Source: a virus (lineage: Duplodnaviria > Caudoviricetes). Taken from it: a DNA stretch of 64,000 nucleotides. The DNA is taken from positions 45,787 to 109,786 of the IMG/VR virus record IMGVR_UViG_3300018984_000003; one strand, written 5' to 3'. Numbering within the stretch: the stretch's first letter is position 1; each line of letters opens with the position of its first letter. The notes below the pieces were generated by a model, which had not been told where the DNA came from, did not search any database, and was given only the letters and a program-made list of their open reading frames with translations. This document shows, one piece after another, positions 9,403 to 19,366 of the stretch. Position numbers and translations under genes: made by a program.

Positions 9403-10139
9403 TAACTATGGTTGGAATCTCAGTCGGAGCTTATTCAAAAGTTGGAACTGACAGTGTTAATGCTAACGAAACGCTGTGGACTTTTGGGCGAGCAATTACT
9501 GCACAGTCAAGAGTAGGGAAAGACAGCACCGAGCTAAATCTTAAGTTTGGCCGATCGCTTGGAGCCTCAGCTAAAGTCGGGGCAGATTCTTGCGATTTGG
9601 TTCTATCATTCGGTCGGGCGATCGCTGCTGATAGCAAGATGGGGCGCGATGAATTTTTACTATTGTCGTTACTTGGCAAAATCGTCTTTCCTCCCAGTGC
9701 TGAACTGTTTCTACTCAAAAATGGACAAGAGGAACAGCTAGACGGTAATCAACTGACGCGGGCTGATTTTTACGCTTTCAACTTAAGAATTGTGGGTGAT
9801 CGAGTGGCATCGGAGACTAATGGCTCAGTCAACGTAACCTTTACGGGTAAAGTTGACCCGGCGCACTTAGATAGCAAAGCGCTGTTTAGGAAAACTCTAC
9901 AGAATGGTGGCGTTAAGTTTTTGGGAGTGGAAGATATTGTCACCTACAACGGCAAAACACGGGCGGCAACATACCAAATTCGGCTGTTACCTCAAGACAC
10001 TGCCTCTCTGATGACACCCGCGATCGTTTATGCCGATATTCAGTTGGATGACGGCACGATAAATGGCGAACATTACACAGTTAATCGGTCAAAGTTTTCG
10101 GTGTCTGATGATGTTTATCGTGGCATAGGAGGCAGGTAA
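9399..10139 (+). CDS. Tail/baseplate-associated protein (N-terminal ~21-aa repeats, BppU-like C-terminus)
   Basis: Four G(R)x(I/L/V)xAx(S/A)(K/R)(V/M)GxD repeats. C-terminal IRLLPQDTASL..YADIQL..FSVSDDV. Confidence 0.55.
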   Translation: MITMVGISVGAYSKVGTDSVNANETLWTFGRAITAQSRVGKDSTELNLKFGRSLGASAKVGADSCDLVLSFGRAIAADSKMGRDEFLLLSLLGKIVFPPSAELFLLKNGQEEQLDGNQLTRADFYAFNLRIVGDRVASETNGSVNVTFTGKVDPAHLDSKALFRKTLQNGGVKFLGVEDIVTYNGKTRAATYQIRLLPQDTASLMTPAIVYADIQLDDGTINGEHYTVNRSKFSVSDDVYRGIGGR

Positions 10140-10615
10140 TGAGTTTAGATTCTGTTAAGTTCTCAGTAAACGAGAAACCAAGCCAGCTACGAAACCTGGT
10201 AATTATTCAGGGTGATACCGTAAAATTTTCTGCCAGAATCCCATTAACTAGCTTCTCCACGCAAACTTTGCCCGTGGTGCGATTGTTGGCGCTTGACTCA
10301 TTGAATCCGGCTGAGTCCGTGCAATTAATTGGGCCTAAAAATTTCACCGTCACACTTAACACGACTCTGACAACCGCCGACTTATCACTAATATTAGCTC
10401 CCGCAGACACCGAGACTTTAATACTTGACCAAAATTTAGGACAAGTTCTAGGAATGAGCCAAGGCGATCCAACTTGGTATCAGCCTGCTAAAAAGCTATT
10501 TTTGGAAATTCAATTAACAGGGCTTGCTGTTAATAAGACTTGGCAAGGCGACTTAACGATTAAAGGTGATTTATTCAAGACTAACTCTGCTGGATCTTTA
10601 CCAGGACTGATTTAA
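10139..10615 (+). CDS. BppU-like tail-associated protein
   Basis: NLVIIQGDT..LILAPADTETL..EIQLT..TWQGDLTI. Confidence 0.5.
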   Translation: MSLDSVKFSVNEKPSQLRNLVIIQGDTVKFSARIPLTSFSTQTLPVVRLLALDSLNPAESVQLIGPKNFTVTLNTTLTTADLSLILAPADTETLILDQNLGQVLGMSQGDPTWYQPAKKLFLEIQLTGLAVNKTWQGDLTIKGDLFKTNSAGSLPGLI

Positions 10616-11097
10616 TGCTACCAAGTGAATTGAGAGCCAAATTAAAAGAATGGTTGAGTCAGCAACTACGAATTGATCGGTGGGGACTGAACTCGCCAGA
10701 ATCAGTCAAAGACCTTCGCGCTCCTCCCTCAGCAGGGCTTGACGGCAAAGCGTCTGGATTTTCAGTAGTGGAAATACTTGGAATGGGTAACACTAGCACT
10801 TATTTGCTAGAGACATCAATCCCTTTTCAGATTATCTACCGATTTGATAGCGCCTGCACTTATACTCAAATTCCCAGAGGTTCCGCAGAAGACATTCTGA
10901 CCGCTAGCTTTCTTCAATTACAAGCTCACCTTGCTTGTTTATCGCCCGATATTGAAAAGATAGAAAGCAGGGGTAGCGTAATCATAAACGAAGAACCTAA
11001 GTCTGATTGGCTTTTGATTTTTGAGATTGAATTCAAAGTGAGATTTCATTGTGAATTCATAGAGTTAGCAAATGTATCAGGAGTTTTTAGCGCATGA
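10615..11097 (+). CDS. Putative tail terminator/completion protein
   Basis: 160 aa, coupled, lies upstream of the tail tube gene (positional call). Confidence 0.45.
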   Translation: MLPSELRAKLKEWLSQQLRIDRWGLNSPESVKDLRAPPSAGLDGKASGFSVVEILGMGNTSTYLLETSIPFQIIYRFDSACTYTQIPRGSAEDILTASFLQLQAHLACLSPDIEKIESRGSVIINEEPKSDWLLIFEIEFKVRFHCEFIELANVSGVFSA

Positions 11098-11447
11098 AGA
11101 TTGAATTTGAGATGGCAAAACTAAATCCTACGACTAAAATCAGCCTTGAACTTGTACCTGGTCAACCAACAGAAACAGAAACAGGGTTTGTAGTTCCGAT
11201 TATCTTGCCCACTCCCGACGGTAAGCAAGTTTCAGTAAGTGCTATTGAATGCAAATTACTTGAAGTAGAGAACGGGATTCAGCGAATCGCGGTAAATGCG
11301 GCTCAATACACTAATGGAGAGTTAGGCGAATCTAGCTTGCTGAATCACGTCTTAATCGATCTAAAACAATTTGTTCCGCCAACTGACGAGAATGAAGTTG
11401 TATTAGCTGTTACTGCAACGTCTGTCACTAAAACAAGTGCTAGCTAA
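11094..11447 (+). CDS. Hypothetical protein
   Basis: 117 aa, ATGA overlap with the upstream gene. Confidence 0.65.
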   Translation: MKIEFEMAKLNPTTKISLELVPGQPTETETGFVVPIILPTPDGKQVSVSAIECKLLEVENGIQRIAVNAAQYTNGELGESSLLNHVLIDLKQFVPPTDENEVVLAVTATSVTKTSAS

Positions 11448-11481
11448 GTCAGCAAGACTAGCGCATTCACTTTCCCTTTAA

Positions 11482-12315
11482 TTGTCGGTAAAAACTATGT
11501 CAAACTCACCATTTCAAGGTCGAAGACCAGTTACAGATATCACGATTCGCTTCCGTAATGCACTTGGACAATTAGGATCTCCGGTTTGTGTCGCAACTCC
11601 CAACGATCCGACGCTAAACAAAGGCATTAGTTTAACGGAAATCATGACCACTTCTTCTCAAGGGGAGACAGTCTTAGCGGATCAATTTATTAACGAAAAC
11701 AGACCCTCTCTTACACTCACTTTTCCTTTGTTCACTCCATTGACTGTGGGGATGCGAGAAGGCATGACTCCAGAAGTCATAACAGGTCAATCCAGCACGT
11801 TTATTCACTGGGCTCCTAGGCTAATTACTGAACAAATCTTACCCCCAGCCACAGAGGGGCAGGAAGGATTTGGGGTAATTGCATCTCCTGCGGGTGCAAT
11901 AGGAGGAACACTTACGGAAGACGGCTTGCCAACTCCTCTAACAATGACAGGGACTTATTCTGCTGCTGCGCCGCCGACTGGAACAAACATTGTAGCAATT
12001 GGCGCAAACATGGGTTTAGGGTTTAGCGCTGACTTAGTGGGTAAGTACGTGTCTATGATGATTCCAAACAACCTAGCAGGAGTTATTCGTCTAAACGAAG
12101 GACTTCCACTGGAGCGGTGCGAAATCAACATTTGCGGACAAACTCGAACCCAAAAACGATGGCATCTAAAAATCCCTGAAGCGGTGCTAAATCCTGCGGA
12201 AGGTGATATCCCATTGGGAGCTGAGCAAAATATCGCCGTCACTTATACCATTATTACTGCGGGTCGCTGTAAACCGTATGAATGGGAATGGCTACCACAA
12301 CAACGAATTTGTTAA
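11482..12315 (+). CDS. Probable major tail tube protein (start probably ATG 11497)
   Basis: Beta-rich, Gly/Thr/Pro-rich, 277 aa, with tail-tube-like C-terminal strands (WHLKIPEAVL..IAVTYTI). Confidence 0.6.
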   Translation: MSVKTMSNSPFQGRRPVTDITIRFRNALGQLGSPVCVATPNDPTLNKGISLTEIMTTSSQGETVLADQFINENRPSLTLTFPLFTPLTVGMREGMTPEVITGQSSTFIHWAPRLITEQILPPATEGQEGFGVIASPAGAIGGTLTEDGLPTPLTMTGTYSAAAPPTGTNIVAIGANMGLGFSADLVGKYVSMMIPNNLAGVIRLNEGLPLERCEINICGQTRTQKRWHLKIPEAVLNPAEGDIPLGAEQNIAVTYTIITAGRCKPYEWEWLPQQRIC

Positions 12316-12323
12316 GCTGACCT

Positions 12324-13034
12324 GTGAAAAGTTTATTGTTTTGGCTGGGGCCTCAAGTAATTGTGATTGCCCCAGTTCCCTTTTCTAGATTGTCAACATT
12401 TCAAATTCTTACAGAAGAGTTGACAAAACTCTGGGATAACTTAGAAGGGGACACCGCACTTTTAGCAACGGACTACCAAACACTTTTGCAGCAAATCGCA
12501 AATTTATTCCCTCGACTCGATCTACCACCTCAACCGACAATCTACGGTTGGGATGTTTCATTAATGGAGACAGAAGAAATTCAATTAATGTTCTTATGCA
12601 AAATTGGAGAAGATAACCAAGCTTTTCCTAGTAAGCTTTTAGCATTACATCAGTCAGACGAACCCGTGAATACAGAGGTAGCACAAGAACCGCAAGAAGG
12701 GGATGAGATTGACAACTGGAATCCGCCAATAAAAAGTTGTGGCGACGTTGAACTTGACACTATCGGGCAATTAACCGCTGCAACCAGTGTTAGAGATACA
12801 TTAGCTTTGTACGATCGGTTTGACCTCAACAGTATTAATTTACTGGTGCAAGCTTACAATGCTTCGCAGGAATCCCCAGAGGATCGACGCAAGCAATATC
12901 TAGCAGAAAGTTACCAGAAATATAAAGAACAAAACCCGGATGTTATAAACAAAGCATTGGGGCTTGACACGGCAGATTTTGACCTAACCAAAATGTTTGC
13001 TAATATTCCTCAAAACCCAGAAGGTGAGATATGA
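12324..13034 (+). CDS. Hypothetical protein, possibly a tail chaperone
   Basis: Acidic, helical, 236 aa, directly after the tail tube gene. Confidence 0.55.
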   Translation: MKSLLFWLGPQVIVIAPVPFSRLSTFQILTEELTKLWDNLEGDTALLATDYQTLLQQIANLFPRLDLPPQPTIYGWDVSLMETEEIQLMFLCKIGEDNQAFPSKLLALHQSDEPVNTEVAQEPQEGDEIDNWNPPIKSCGDVELDTIGQLTAATSVRDTLALYDRFDLNSINLLVQAYNASQESPEDRRKQYLAESYQKYKEQNPDVINKALGLDTADFDLTKMFANIPQNPEGEI

Positions 13035-14494
13035 GCGACTTAAACGATTTATTTAGTAGACAAGATTCGTTTTTACCTGGACTGTTTGCCAATGCCTACA
13101 CCGGACAAGGGACAGCGCGTGATCGAAGTGTATACACCGAGATTCAAGCACTTCGCAAACTTGCACCTCAAGACATAGACCATTTGTACGAATATCACTG
13201 GATGGTGCAGAATCTAATTGATGTGTTACCCGACGAATGTACTAGAGAGTGGATTGAATATCAGATAACGGGCGAAAATAATGCACCAGATTTAATAGGT
13301 CAATTCATTGAATACCAAGACAGATTAGTTGATGATGTTGGAGACGAAATATCAACTGCTGATATCTTCAATGAAGCAATGAGAGAGGAACGGCTAACAG
13401 GTGGCTCAGCTATCTATATTGACATTGACGACGGGCGGGAAGCTTGGGAAGAGGTAGACGAAAAAAATATTAAAACTATCAATTTTTTGCGAGTATTTGA
13501 CCGTTGGGCTGTTACGCCAGAGCGTCATGCGTCATTAGAAAAAAACGAGAATTTTTTAATGCAAGACGATTTTACGTGGGACATGAGCCGACCGACTCAC
13601 TATCGGTTAAGTTTGGCGCGGAATATTGGACAGAAAAACACTGGGCTAATTCACCGATCGCGCGTGTTGAGATTTGCTGGCGCAACCCGCTTAAGTTATC
13701 GTTCTCGACAACGTAATCAAGGCTGGGGCAATTCAGTTTTAGAAACATTCGCTCAACCACTCGCTCGGTACGATCTGGCTATTAGCTTAGCTGCTTCTTT
13801 ATTGCCTGAAATTATCAAAAAAACTTGGAAAATAAAAGATTTATTTAAAATGATTATCGCGGGAGATGAAGAATTTTTACGGAAACGAATTGCTGAAGCT
13901 GCAATGATGGAGTCGAGTTTTAAGTACCGCGTGATTGACAAAGATACGGAAGATATACAAGAAAGTTCGCTAAATTTTGAAGGTATTTTTGGGGCAGTAG
14001 AAAAGACAATTGATGAATGTGTAGCAGCCTCTAATTTGCCTCGCACCTACCTATTAGGAGTATCCCCAGCGGGCAAACTAGGGGTCAGTGGTGGTAGCGA
14101 ACAAACGGACATGAATAAAACCGTCCGCCAATATCAGAACAGACACATGAAGCGCCAACTAAACCGCTTCCATTGGCTGTGCTGGCTAGCTAAAAACTCA
14201 CCAACAAAAGGTAATATACCTAATGGTTTTCGGTGGAACTTTATTGACACCCACCCCATGACCGAGAAAGAAAAAGCAGATTTATTTTCTATTTATGCCG
14301 GGGCGAACAGCAGCTATATTAGTTCGCAGGTGCTTATGCCAGAAGAAGTTGCTAACTCAGTGTTTGGTGGCACGACTCCGCAGTATAAAATAAACTTAGA
14401 CTTTGACAAGCGCAAAAAATTAGAAGAAGAACAAAACGCGCCGCCGATGGAATTAGGGGGCGACGATGCAGCAGCTTTTGAGGAGGAAGAGTAA
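13031..14494 (+). CDS. Portal protein (DUF1073 type)
   Basis: LYEYHW..LIDVLPDECTREW..ERLTGGSAI..IHRSRVLRF..GWGNSVL..AASNLPRTYLLGVSPAG. Confidence 0.9.
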   Translation: MSDLNDLFSRQDSFLPGLFANAYTGQGTARDRSVYTEIQALRKLAPQDIDHLYEYHWMVQNLIDVLPDECTREWIEYQITGENNAPDLIGQFIEYQDRLVDDVGDEISTADIFNEAMREERLTGGSAIYIDIDDGREAWEEVDEKNIKTINFLRVFDRWAVTPERHASLEKNENFLMQDDFTWDMSRPTHYRLSLARNIGQKNTGLIHRSRVLRFAGATRLSYRSRQRNQGWGNSVLETFAQPLARYDLAISLAASLLPEIIKKTWKIKDLFKMIIAGDEEFLRKRIAEAAMMESSFKYRVIDKDTEDIQESSLNFEGIFGAVEKTIDECVAASNLPRTYLLGVSPAGKLGVSGGSEQTDMNKTVRQYQNRHMKRQLNRFHWLCWLAKNSPTKGNIPNGFRWNFIDTHPMTEKEKADLFSIYAGANSSYISSQVLMPEEVANSVFGGTTPQYKINLDFDKRKKLEEEQNAPPMELGGDDAAAFEEEE

Positions 14495-15804
14495 TGACAA
14501 ATCGTGTAGAAACGAACAATGAACTGACGGACTTTGTAGAGCAGTTAGAGGCGTTGATAGAAAGTGACGACGCATACAACTCGAATTTTTACGTGCTTTC
14601 ATTTGCACTTGCTAGCAACGGCGACATTACTGGAAAGTTTCAAGATACCTGGAACAATCGAATTTTTAGCTACTCTATTGAAAAAAATCGAATAGGTTAT
14701 AAACCTTCGTTGACGCTCGATCGGGCGGACAGTGCTACAGCAGCCAAACAATTTGATATTTTCTCCTCCGGCTACATATCACTGGGAGTTAGATGGGATG
14801 CTGTCAAAAGTGGCAAAAAACCTAGTTGTACTGCTGTTAGTTACAGTTGTGGCAAGGCTTGCATTCAATTAAAAAACACTTGCTGGATTAACAGCTTTGG
14901 ACAGAAAGTAAAAAAAGAGGGTGGCGCGGTTGCCAATATTAGCCAAGGACGCATTGACAAGCTTCGGACGCTAGCGCGATACTTAACGGCGAACGGGAAT
15001 CATAAATGGTCAAAGTATGGCAGTGCTGAACTTTTAGCGGCTAAAGCAAATGTTTTAGAAGCTGCCAGGAGTAAATTATTTTCTTCTAATATTGCACAAC
15101 CTACTGCAAAAATAAAGCCCTTTAGTATTGATAATACGCATGATGTAATTCCGGCTTCTGCTACTTCTGGCGCAGATGAGGATGAGGATAATTTACTTGC
15201 TGCGTTCGGTTCTAGTTCCGATATCAAAAATCCAGAAGTTGTCAGGAAAATATCAAAAGTAACTGGAATGAAAGATAAAGAAGTGAAAGCATCGTTGGAT
15301 GCTCTCGCAGAGTTTAGCGGAGCAGGTTACAAAAAATATAGAGAACTAGAAAAAACTGGAAAACTAAGCTCAGGAGAATCAAGTGAAGTCATTACTAAGA
15401 TGAAATCCAAAGTAAAAGCTATCAATCAATATATTGAAAAAATGCCCAAATTTTATAGATCTATCTATAGAGGGGTACAACTAGAATCTCAACAGGCTCT
15501 TGATGACGCTATTAAAAAATTGCAAAACGGAGACTCTCATGAACTAAACGCTATGTCAAGCTTTAGTTCGTCTGAGTCTCAGGCACGTGCATTTGCCTTA
15601 GCAAGCAAAAAAGGTCAGAAGGTTTCTATTATATATGAAGTAATAGAAAACAAGTCAGGTGTTACAATAAGAAACCTTTCAAAATTTCCAGAAGAAGATG
15701 AAGTTCTTGTTCCAAAAGGAGCGAGATACAAACTTGCTGGCGACACAAAAACTTTTCACACACCAGGCGGATTAATCATAACTATTCCCGTTAAAGAGGT
15801 TTAA
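14494..15804 (+). CDS. Polymorphic cargo family member 2, with a C-terminal ADP-ribosyltransferase (R-S-E clade, VIP2/Alt-like)
   Basis: IYRG / AMSSFSSS / SKFPEEDEVLVPKG catalytic motifs after the shared N-terminal domain and Cys4 motif. Confidence 0.85.
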   Translation: MTNRVETNNELTDFVEQLEALIESDDAYNSNFYVLSFALASNGDITGKFQDTWNNRIFSYSIEKNRIGYKPSLTLDRADSATAAKQFDIFSSGYISLGVRWDAVKSGKKPSCTAVSYSCGKACIQLKNTCWINSFGQKVKKEGGAVANISQGRIDKLRTLARYLTANGNHKWSKYGSAELLAAKANVLEAARSKLFSSNIAQPTAKIKPFSIDNTHDVIPASATSGADEDEDNLLAAFGSSSDIKNPEVVRKISKVTGMKDKEVKASLDALAEFSGAGYKKYRELEKTGKLSSGESSEVITKMKSKVKAINQYIEKMPKFYRSIYRGVQLESQQALDDAIKKLQNGDSHELNAMSSFSSSESQARAFALASKKGQKVSIIYEVIENKSGVTIRNLSKFPEEDEVLVPKGARYKLAGDTKTFHTPGGLIITIPVKEV

Positions 15805-15843
15805 ATAAGTTCGATCTTTCTTAATTTGGCGATATGTCTTATT

Positions 15844-16032
15844 CTATTTCTTCTCGTATTCGTTTTTGCTTCTTTCCGGTCTAAGTGCTAGACTTTCTAA
15901 GAATTCTTCTTGTGTATCTAAAAATCTTGCAGCGCGTTCTGCACTCATTGGTTTTTCACCAATTGATCTAGGTACGTTTTTGTTTGAATTAGCTGCAAAT
16001 TTACTTGGATTGTCTTTGTTTTGGGATATCAT
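15844..16032 (-). CDS. Small antisense ORF after the ART gene
   Basis: 62 aa with an ATG start, filling an otherwise empty gap in the late operon. Confidence 0.45.
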   Translation of the reverse strand: MISQNKDNPSKFAANSNKNVPRSIGEKPMSAERAARFLDTQEEFLESLALRPERSKNEYEKK

Positions 16033-16142
16033 AAAAAAATGAATGGTATATTGAGATTATACAGCGAAGCACTGTCAAAATCTAGAGAATATAGAAGGTT
16101 TAGTAAAAACTATAGCCAAATAAAAACCATTAATAAAAAATA

Positions 16143-17711
16143 ATGAGATATTACACAGATGCTAACAGCGAGCCGACTAAAGAAGTTAGACAATGGAATG
16201 GTATCCCACTAAACATTACTACGAGAACCGGGGAACCACGATTCTCTTTCAGTCCACCAATGACGTGCAACTATGGCTGCATCCGAGGATCGTGGGGTGC
16301 GGGGTTAGATGGTAAAGCCTTAGATGTATACGTGGTTAGTGACACGCCAACAGTGTTTAAAATAGTGCAGATTACTCCGACAGGGGCGATCGACGAATAT
16401 AAATATGTCTTAGGGGCTGAAAATTTGGATGAGGCTGTTGAGACATTTTTGAAGCACGTCCCTAAGCAACTGTTTGGGGCGGCTAGCCAGTATTCGATCA
16501 CCCAACTACAAAACGATATCGCCCAGCAGTCTAAAGTAAAGAGAGATGCTGACGAATTGGCGGAGCTTGTGCAACGGCTAGAGACATTGATCGAAAGTGA
16601 CGACGCTTATGGCTTAAATATTTACTTACTATCGTTTGAAGTTGCTAGCGGCGGCAACATCACGGGGAAGTTTGAGGACGCTTGGAATAGGCGGGTTTTT
16701 AGCTACTCTGTTGAGCAAACTCGGATTGGATATAAACCTGCATTGACGCTCGATCGGGCGGATAGTGTGGTTGCAGCCAAACTGTTTGACATTTTCTCTT
16801 TTGGTTACACTTCGCTAGGGGTCAGGCAAGATGCCGTCAAAAATGGGAAAAAACCCCGTTGTACCGCAGTCAGTTATAACTGTGGTAGAGCTTGTATTCA
16901 ACTGCAAAATACTTGCTGGATTAACAGTTCTGGACAGAAAGTAAAAAAGGCAAACGGCGCGGTAGCCAGCATTAGTCAGGGACGGATTGATAAGCTTCGG
17001 ACGTTGGCGCGATACTTGGCGGCAAACGGGAATCAGAAATGGTCAAAGTATGGCAGTGCTGAACTTTTAGCGGCTAAAGCTGGCAATCTAGAAAGAGCGA
17101 GAGAGCGATTAATAGCTTCTGGTGTTAAAAAGCCACCAACTGAAACAGCCCAATTTACTACTCCTAAGCAAGTTTTAGTATTAGAAGATAAACTAAAAAC
17201 TCAAAAGTTTGAATCACTAGCTGCTTTTGACTCAAAAGGGAAGCAAGTTGCATTCTTAGATGGAGAGCAATATAGCGTTAAAATACCAGAGCAACTGATT
17301 CCACAATTGAAAGATACAATCATCACCCACAATCACCCAAGGGGACTTGAACATTCTAAAACAGATCCAAGATATCTAGGCAATTCATTTTCTATGGAAG
17401 ATATTGATTTACTTTATACTGTCGCAGCCGTCGAGATGAGGGCAGTCTCCCCCGGTTATCGGTATAGTATAAAGCCACCCAAAGACGGTTGGAAATTTCA
17501 GTCAAGGAATGAAATAATAGACGCATTAATAAATATTGAAATAGGAGTCAAAAAAGATTTTCAAGCTAAAGTTAATTCAGGAGAACTAAAATACAAAGAC
17601 GCTGAAGCTAATCACCAACACGAAATAATGACACGATTTTCTCAAAAATATGAGACAATCTATGAAAGAACATTATACAAAAAACATCAAAATGAACAAA
17701 CTACAACTTGA
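16143..17711 (+). CDS. Polymorphic cargo family member 3: inorganic-pyrophosphatase-like domain + shared domain + JAB/MPN-like domain
   Basis: N-terminal YGCIRGS..DGKALDVYV..DEYKYVLG. C-terminal FESLAAFD..ITHNHP..SFSMEDI. Confidence 0.8.
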   Translation: MRYYTDANSEPTKEVRQWNGIPLNITTRTGEPRFSFSPPMTCNYGCIRGSWGAGLDGKALDVYVVSDTPTVFKIVQITPTGAIDEYKYVLGAENLDEAVETFLKHVPKQLFGAASQYSITQLQNDIAQQSKVKRDADELAELVQRLETLIESDDAYGLNIYLLSFEVASGGNITGKFEDAWNRRVFSYSVEQTRIGYKPALTLDRADSVVAAKLFDIFSFGYTSLGVRQDAVKNGKKPRCTAVSYNCGRACIQLQNTCWINSSGQKVKKANGAVASISQGRIDKLRTLARYLAANGNQKWSKYGSAELLAAKAGNLERARERLIASGVKKPPTETAQFTTPKQVLVLEDKLKTQKFESLAAFDSKGKQVAFLDGEQYSVKIPEQLIPQLKDTIITHNHPRGLEHSKTDPRYLGNSFSMEDIDLLYTVAAVEMRAVSPGYRYSIKPPKDGWKFQSRNEIIDALINIEIGVKKDFQAKVNSGELKYKDAEANHQHEIMTRFSQKYETIYERTLYKKHQNEQTTT

Positions 17712-17874
17712 CTCAGACGATATTGATGCTATTTATCCATTAGAATATATTACTATTGCAGCAAATTCTGGAGATGCTGAAGCCGCAAAAGAGCTAAAGC
17801 AACGATTGATTGATCGAGCCAACTACAAAACTACACAGGTAATAAAACAACAATCTAATGCAAGACTTAAATGA
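17692..17874 (+). CDS. Small protein downstream of the JAB-domain gene (candidate inhibitor)
   Basis: ATG 17692 (MNKLQLDSDDIDAIYPLEY...), overlaps both neighbours. Confidence 0.5.
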   Translation: MNKLQLDSDDIDAIYPLEYITIAANSGDAEAAKELKQRLIDRANYKTTQVIKQQSNARLK

Positions 17875-19366
17875 ATTCATACAACAATTAGAAGCACTCA
17901 TTGAGAACAACGACGCTTATGGATCAGGAGTAAATTTGCTGTCGTTTGACATTGGCGACAACGGAAACATCACTGGCAAGTTTCAAGATTTAAGGAATCG
18001 CCGAATCTTCAGTTATTCCGTTCAAAAATCTCGCATCGGGTACAAACCTGCGATCGCCACAACTAACACTGACAGCGCAACAGACTCAAGACTTCTTGAC
18101 GTGTTTTCGCTAGGGTATACATCCCTAGAATCTAGGTATGACGCCGTAAAAGGTGGAAAAAAGCCACGCTGTACTGCTATCAGTTACGGGTGTGGAAGTA
18201 TCTGCATTCCCTTGCAACATACCTGTTGGATTAATAGTGCAGGACAAGAGACTAAACGGGCTGGTGGTTCGATCGAGAGCGTCAGTCAAGGGCGGATTGA
18301 CAAAATCCGAGCGTTAGCTAAATACCTAGACTCAAAGGGCAATAACAAGTGGTCGCGGTACGGCACTGCTAACGACCTAAAAACTAAAGCAAACACGCTA
18401 GAGAAAGAACGGACGGGGATGTTTAAGGCTGGAGTTAGGAAGCAAACACCGATAGACCCGTTAATGGCAGGATTAAAAAAAGCATTTGATTCAGGTAATT
18501 TTACAGAAGCTAAAATACTTGCACGGCAGGCAGCCAGTAAGATGAAATCTGGGGCTGAAGTTGCAAACTATTTGCAAAAAATATCCGAAGCTATAGGTGG
18601 TGAGCAAAAATTAATAATTGACAAAAAACAAGAAGTTACTAAGCAAGCTAATCAAATTAAAGAAAAAAAGGGGTCAAAAGAGGCTAAAAAGTTTTACTCA
18701 GCAAACTGGAACGAAGAGGTTGAAGCAAAAAGCAAAAAATACGAAGACTTTATTTCAAACGTTGCCAGGCAATTTCTATATGTAAACCCACCATCTAAAA
18801 TGAAAGGGTTTAACGGTGGCTTAGCTAACCCAAAAACACAAGCCAAGACAGGGACGTTAAACCAAGAGCAATCAACCAAACTGGTGGCAGGAATAAACGC
18901 TTTCAAGAAAATGGTAGGAGTCGATACTGTTGACGGGAAAACCTTAAAAGTGGCAGCGCTTGATGCCAGTTTTGGAAAAGCAGCCGATCGCTCGTTCTAC
19001 GGAAGAGGTGGCATCTACATGGCGGATAAAGCCCCTGTAGAGGTTGTTGTCCACGAAGCCGCGCACTGGCTAGAAGAATCAGACCCAAAAATCCACGATA
19101 AAGTGCAGAAGTTTTTTGAGAGTCGAACCGCCGGAGAGAAATGGAAAAAGCTCAGCGAGTTGACGGGAAACTCAAACTACGGGGATAATGAGGTAGCGAA
19201 GCCGGACAAGTGGCCAAAAGCTTATATGGGGAAGAAGACTAATAGCGATAAAAACTCTGAAATCCTGTCTATGGGCATGGAAATGATGTACCGAGATCCG
19301 GTAGCTTTTGCAAAAACCGATCCCGAATATTTTGCTTTTATTCATAACACACTAAGAGGAAAATAA
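17858..19366 (+). CDS. Polymorphic cargo family member 4, with a C-terminal zincin metallopeptidase
   Basis: VVVHEAAHWLE (HExxH) plus distal YMGK..SEILSMGME..DPEYF. Confidence 0.85.
   Translation: MQDLNEFIQQLEALIENNDAYGSGVNLLSFDIGDNGNITGKFQDLRNRRIFSYSVQKSRIGYKPAIATTNTDSATDSRLLDVFSLGYTSLESRYDAVKGGKKPRCTAISYGCGSICIPLQHTCWINSAGQETKRAGGSIESVSQGRIDKIRALAKYLDSKGNNKWSRYGTANDLKTKANTLEKERTGMFKAGVRKQTPIDPLMAGLKKAFDSGNFTEAKILARQAASKMKSGAEVANYLQKISEAIGGEQKLIIDKKQEVTKQANQIKEKKGSKEAKKFYSANWNEEVEAKSKKYEDFISNVARQFLYVNPPSKMKGFNGGLANPKTQAKTGTLNQEQSTKLVAGINAFKKMVGVDTVDGKTLKVAALDASFGKAADRSFYGRGGIYMADKAPVEVVVHEAAHWLEESDPKIHDKVQKFFESRTAGEKWKKLSELTGNSNYGDNEVAKPDKWPKAYMGKKTNSDKNSEILSMGMEMMYRDPVAFAKTDPEYFAFIHNTLRGK

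Noticed and set aside
13031-14494. Anti-CBASS Acb1 call for the DUF1073 protein
   Set aside because: No 2H phosphodiesterase HxT/HxS pair or extra C-terminal domain. The length and motifs fit a plain portal.
14494-18420. Diversity-generating retroelement TR/VR pair among the paralog repeats
   Set aside because: Differences are not adenine-specific, the repeats are N-terminal coding domains, and no reverse transcriptase is in the window
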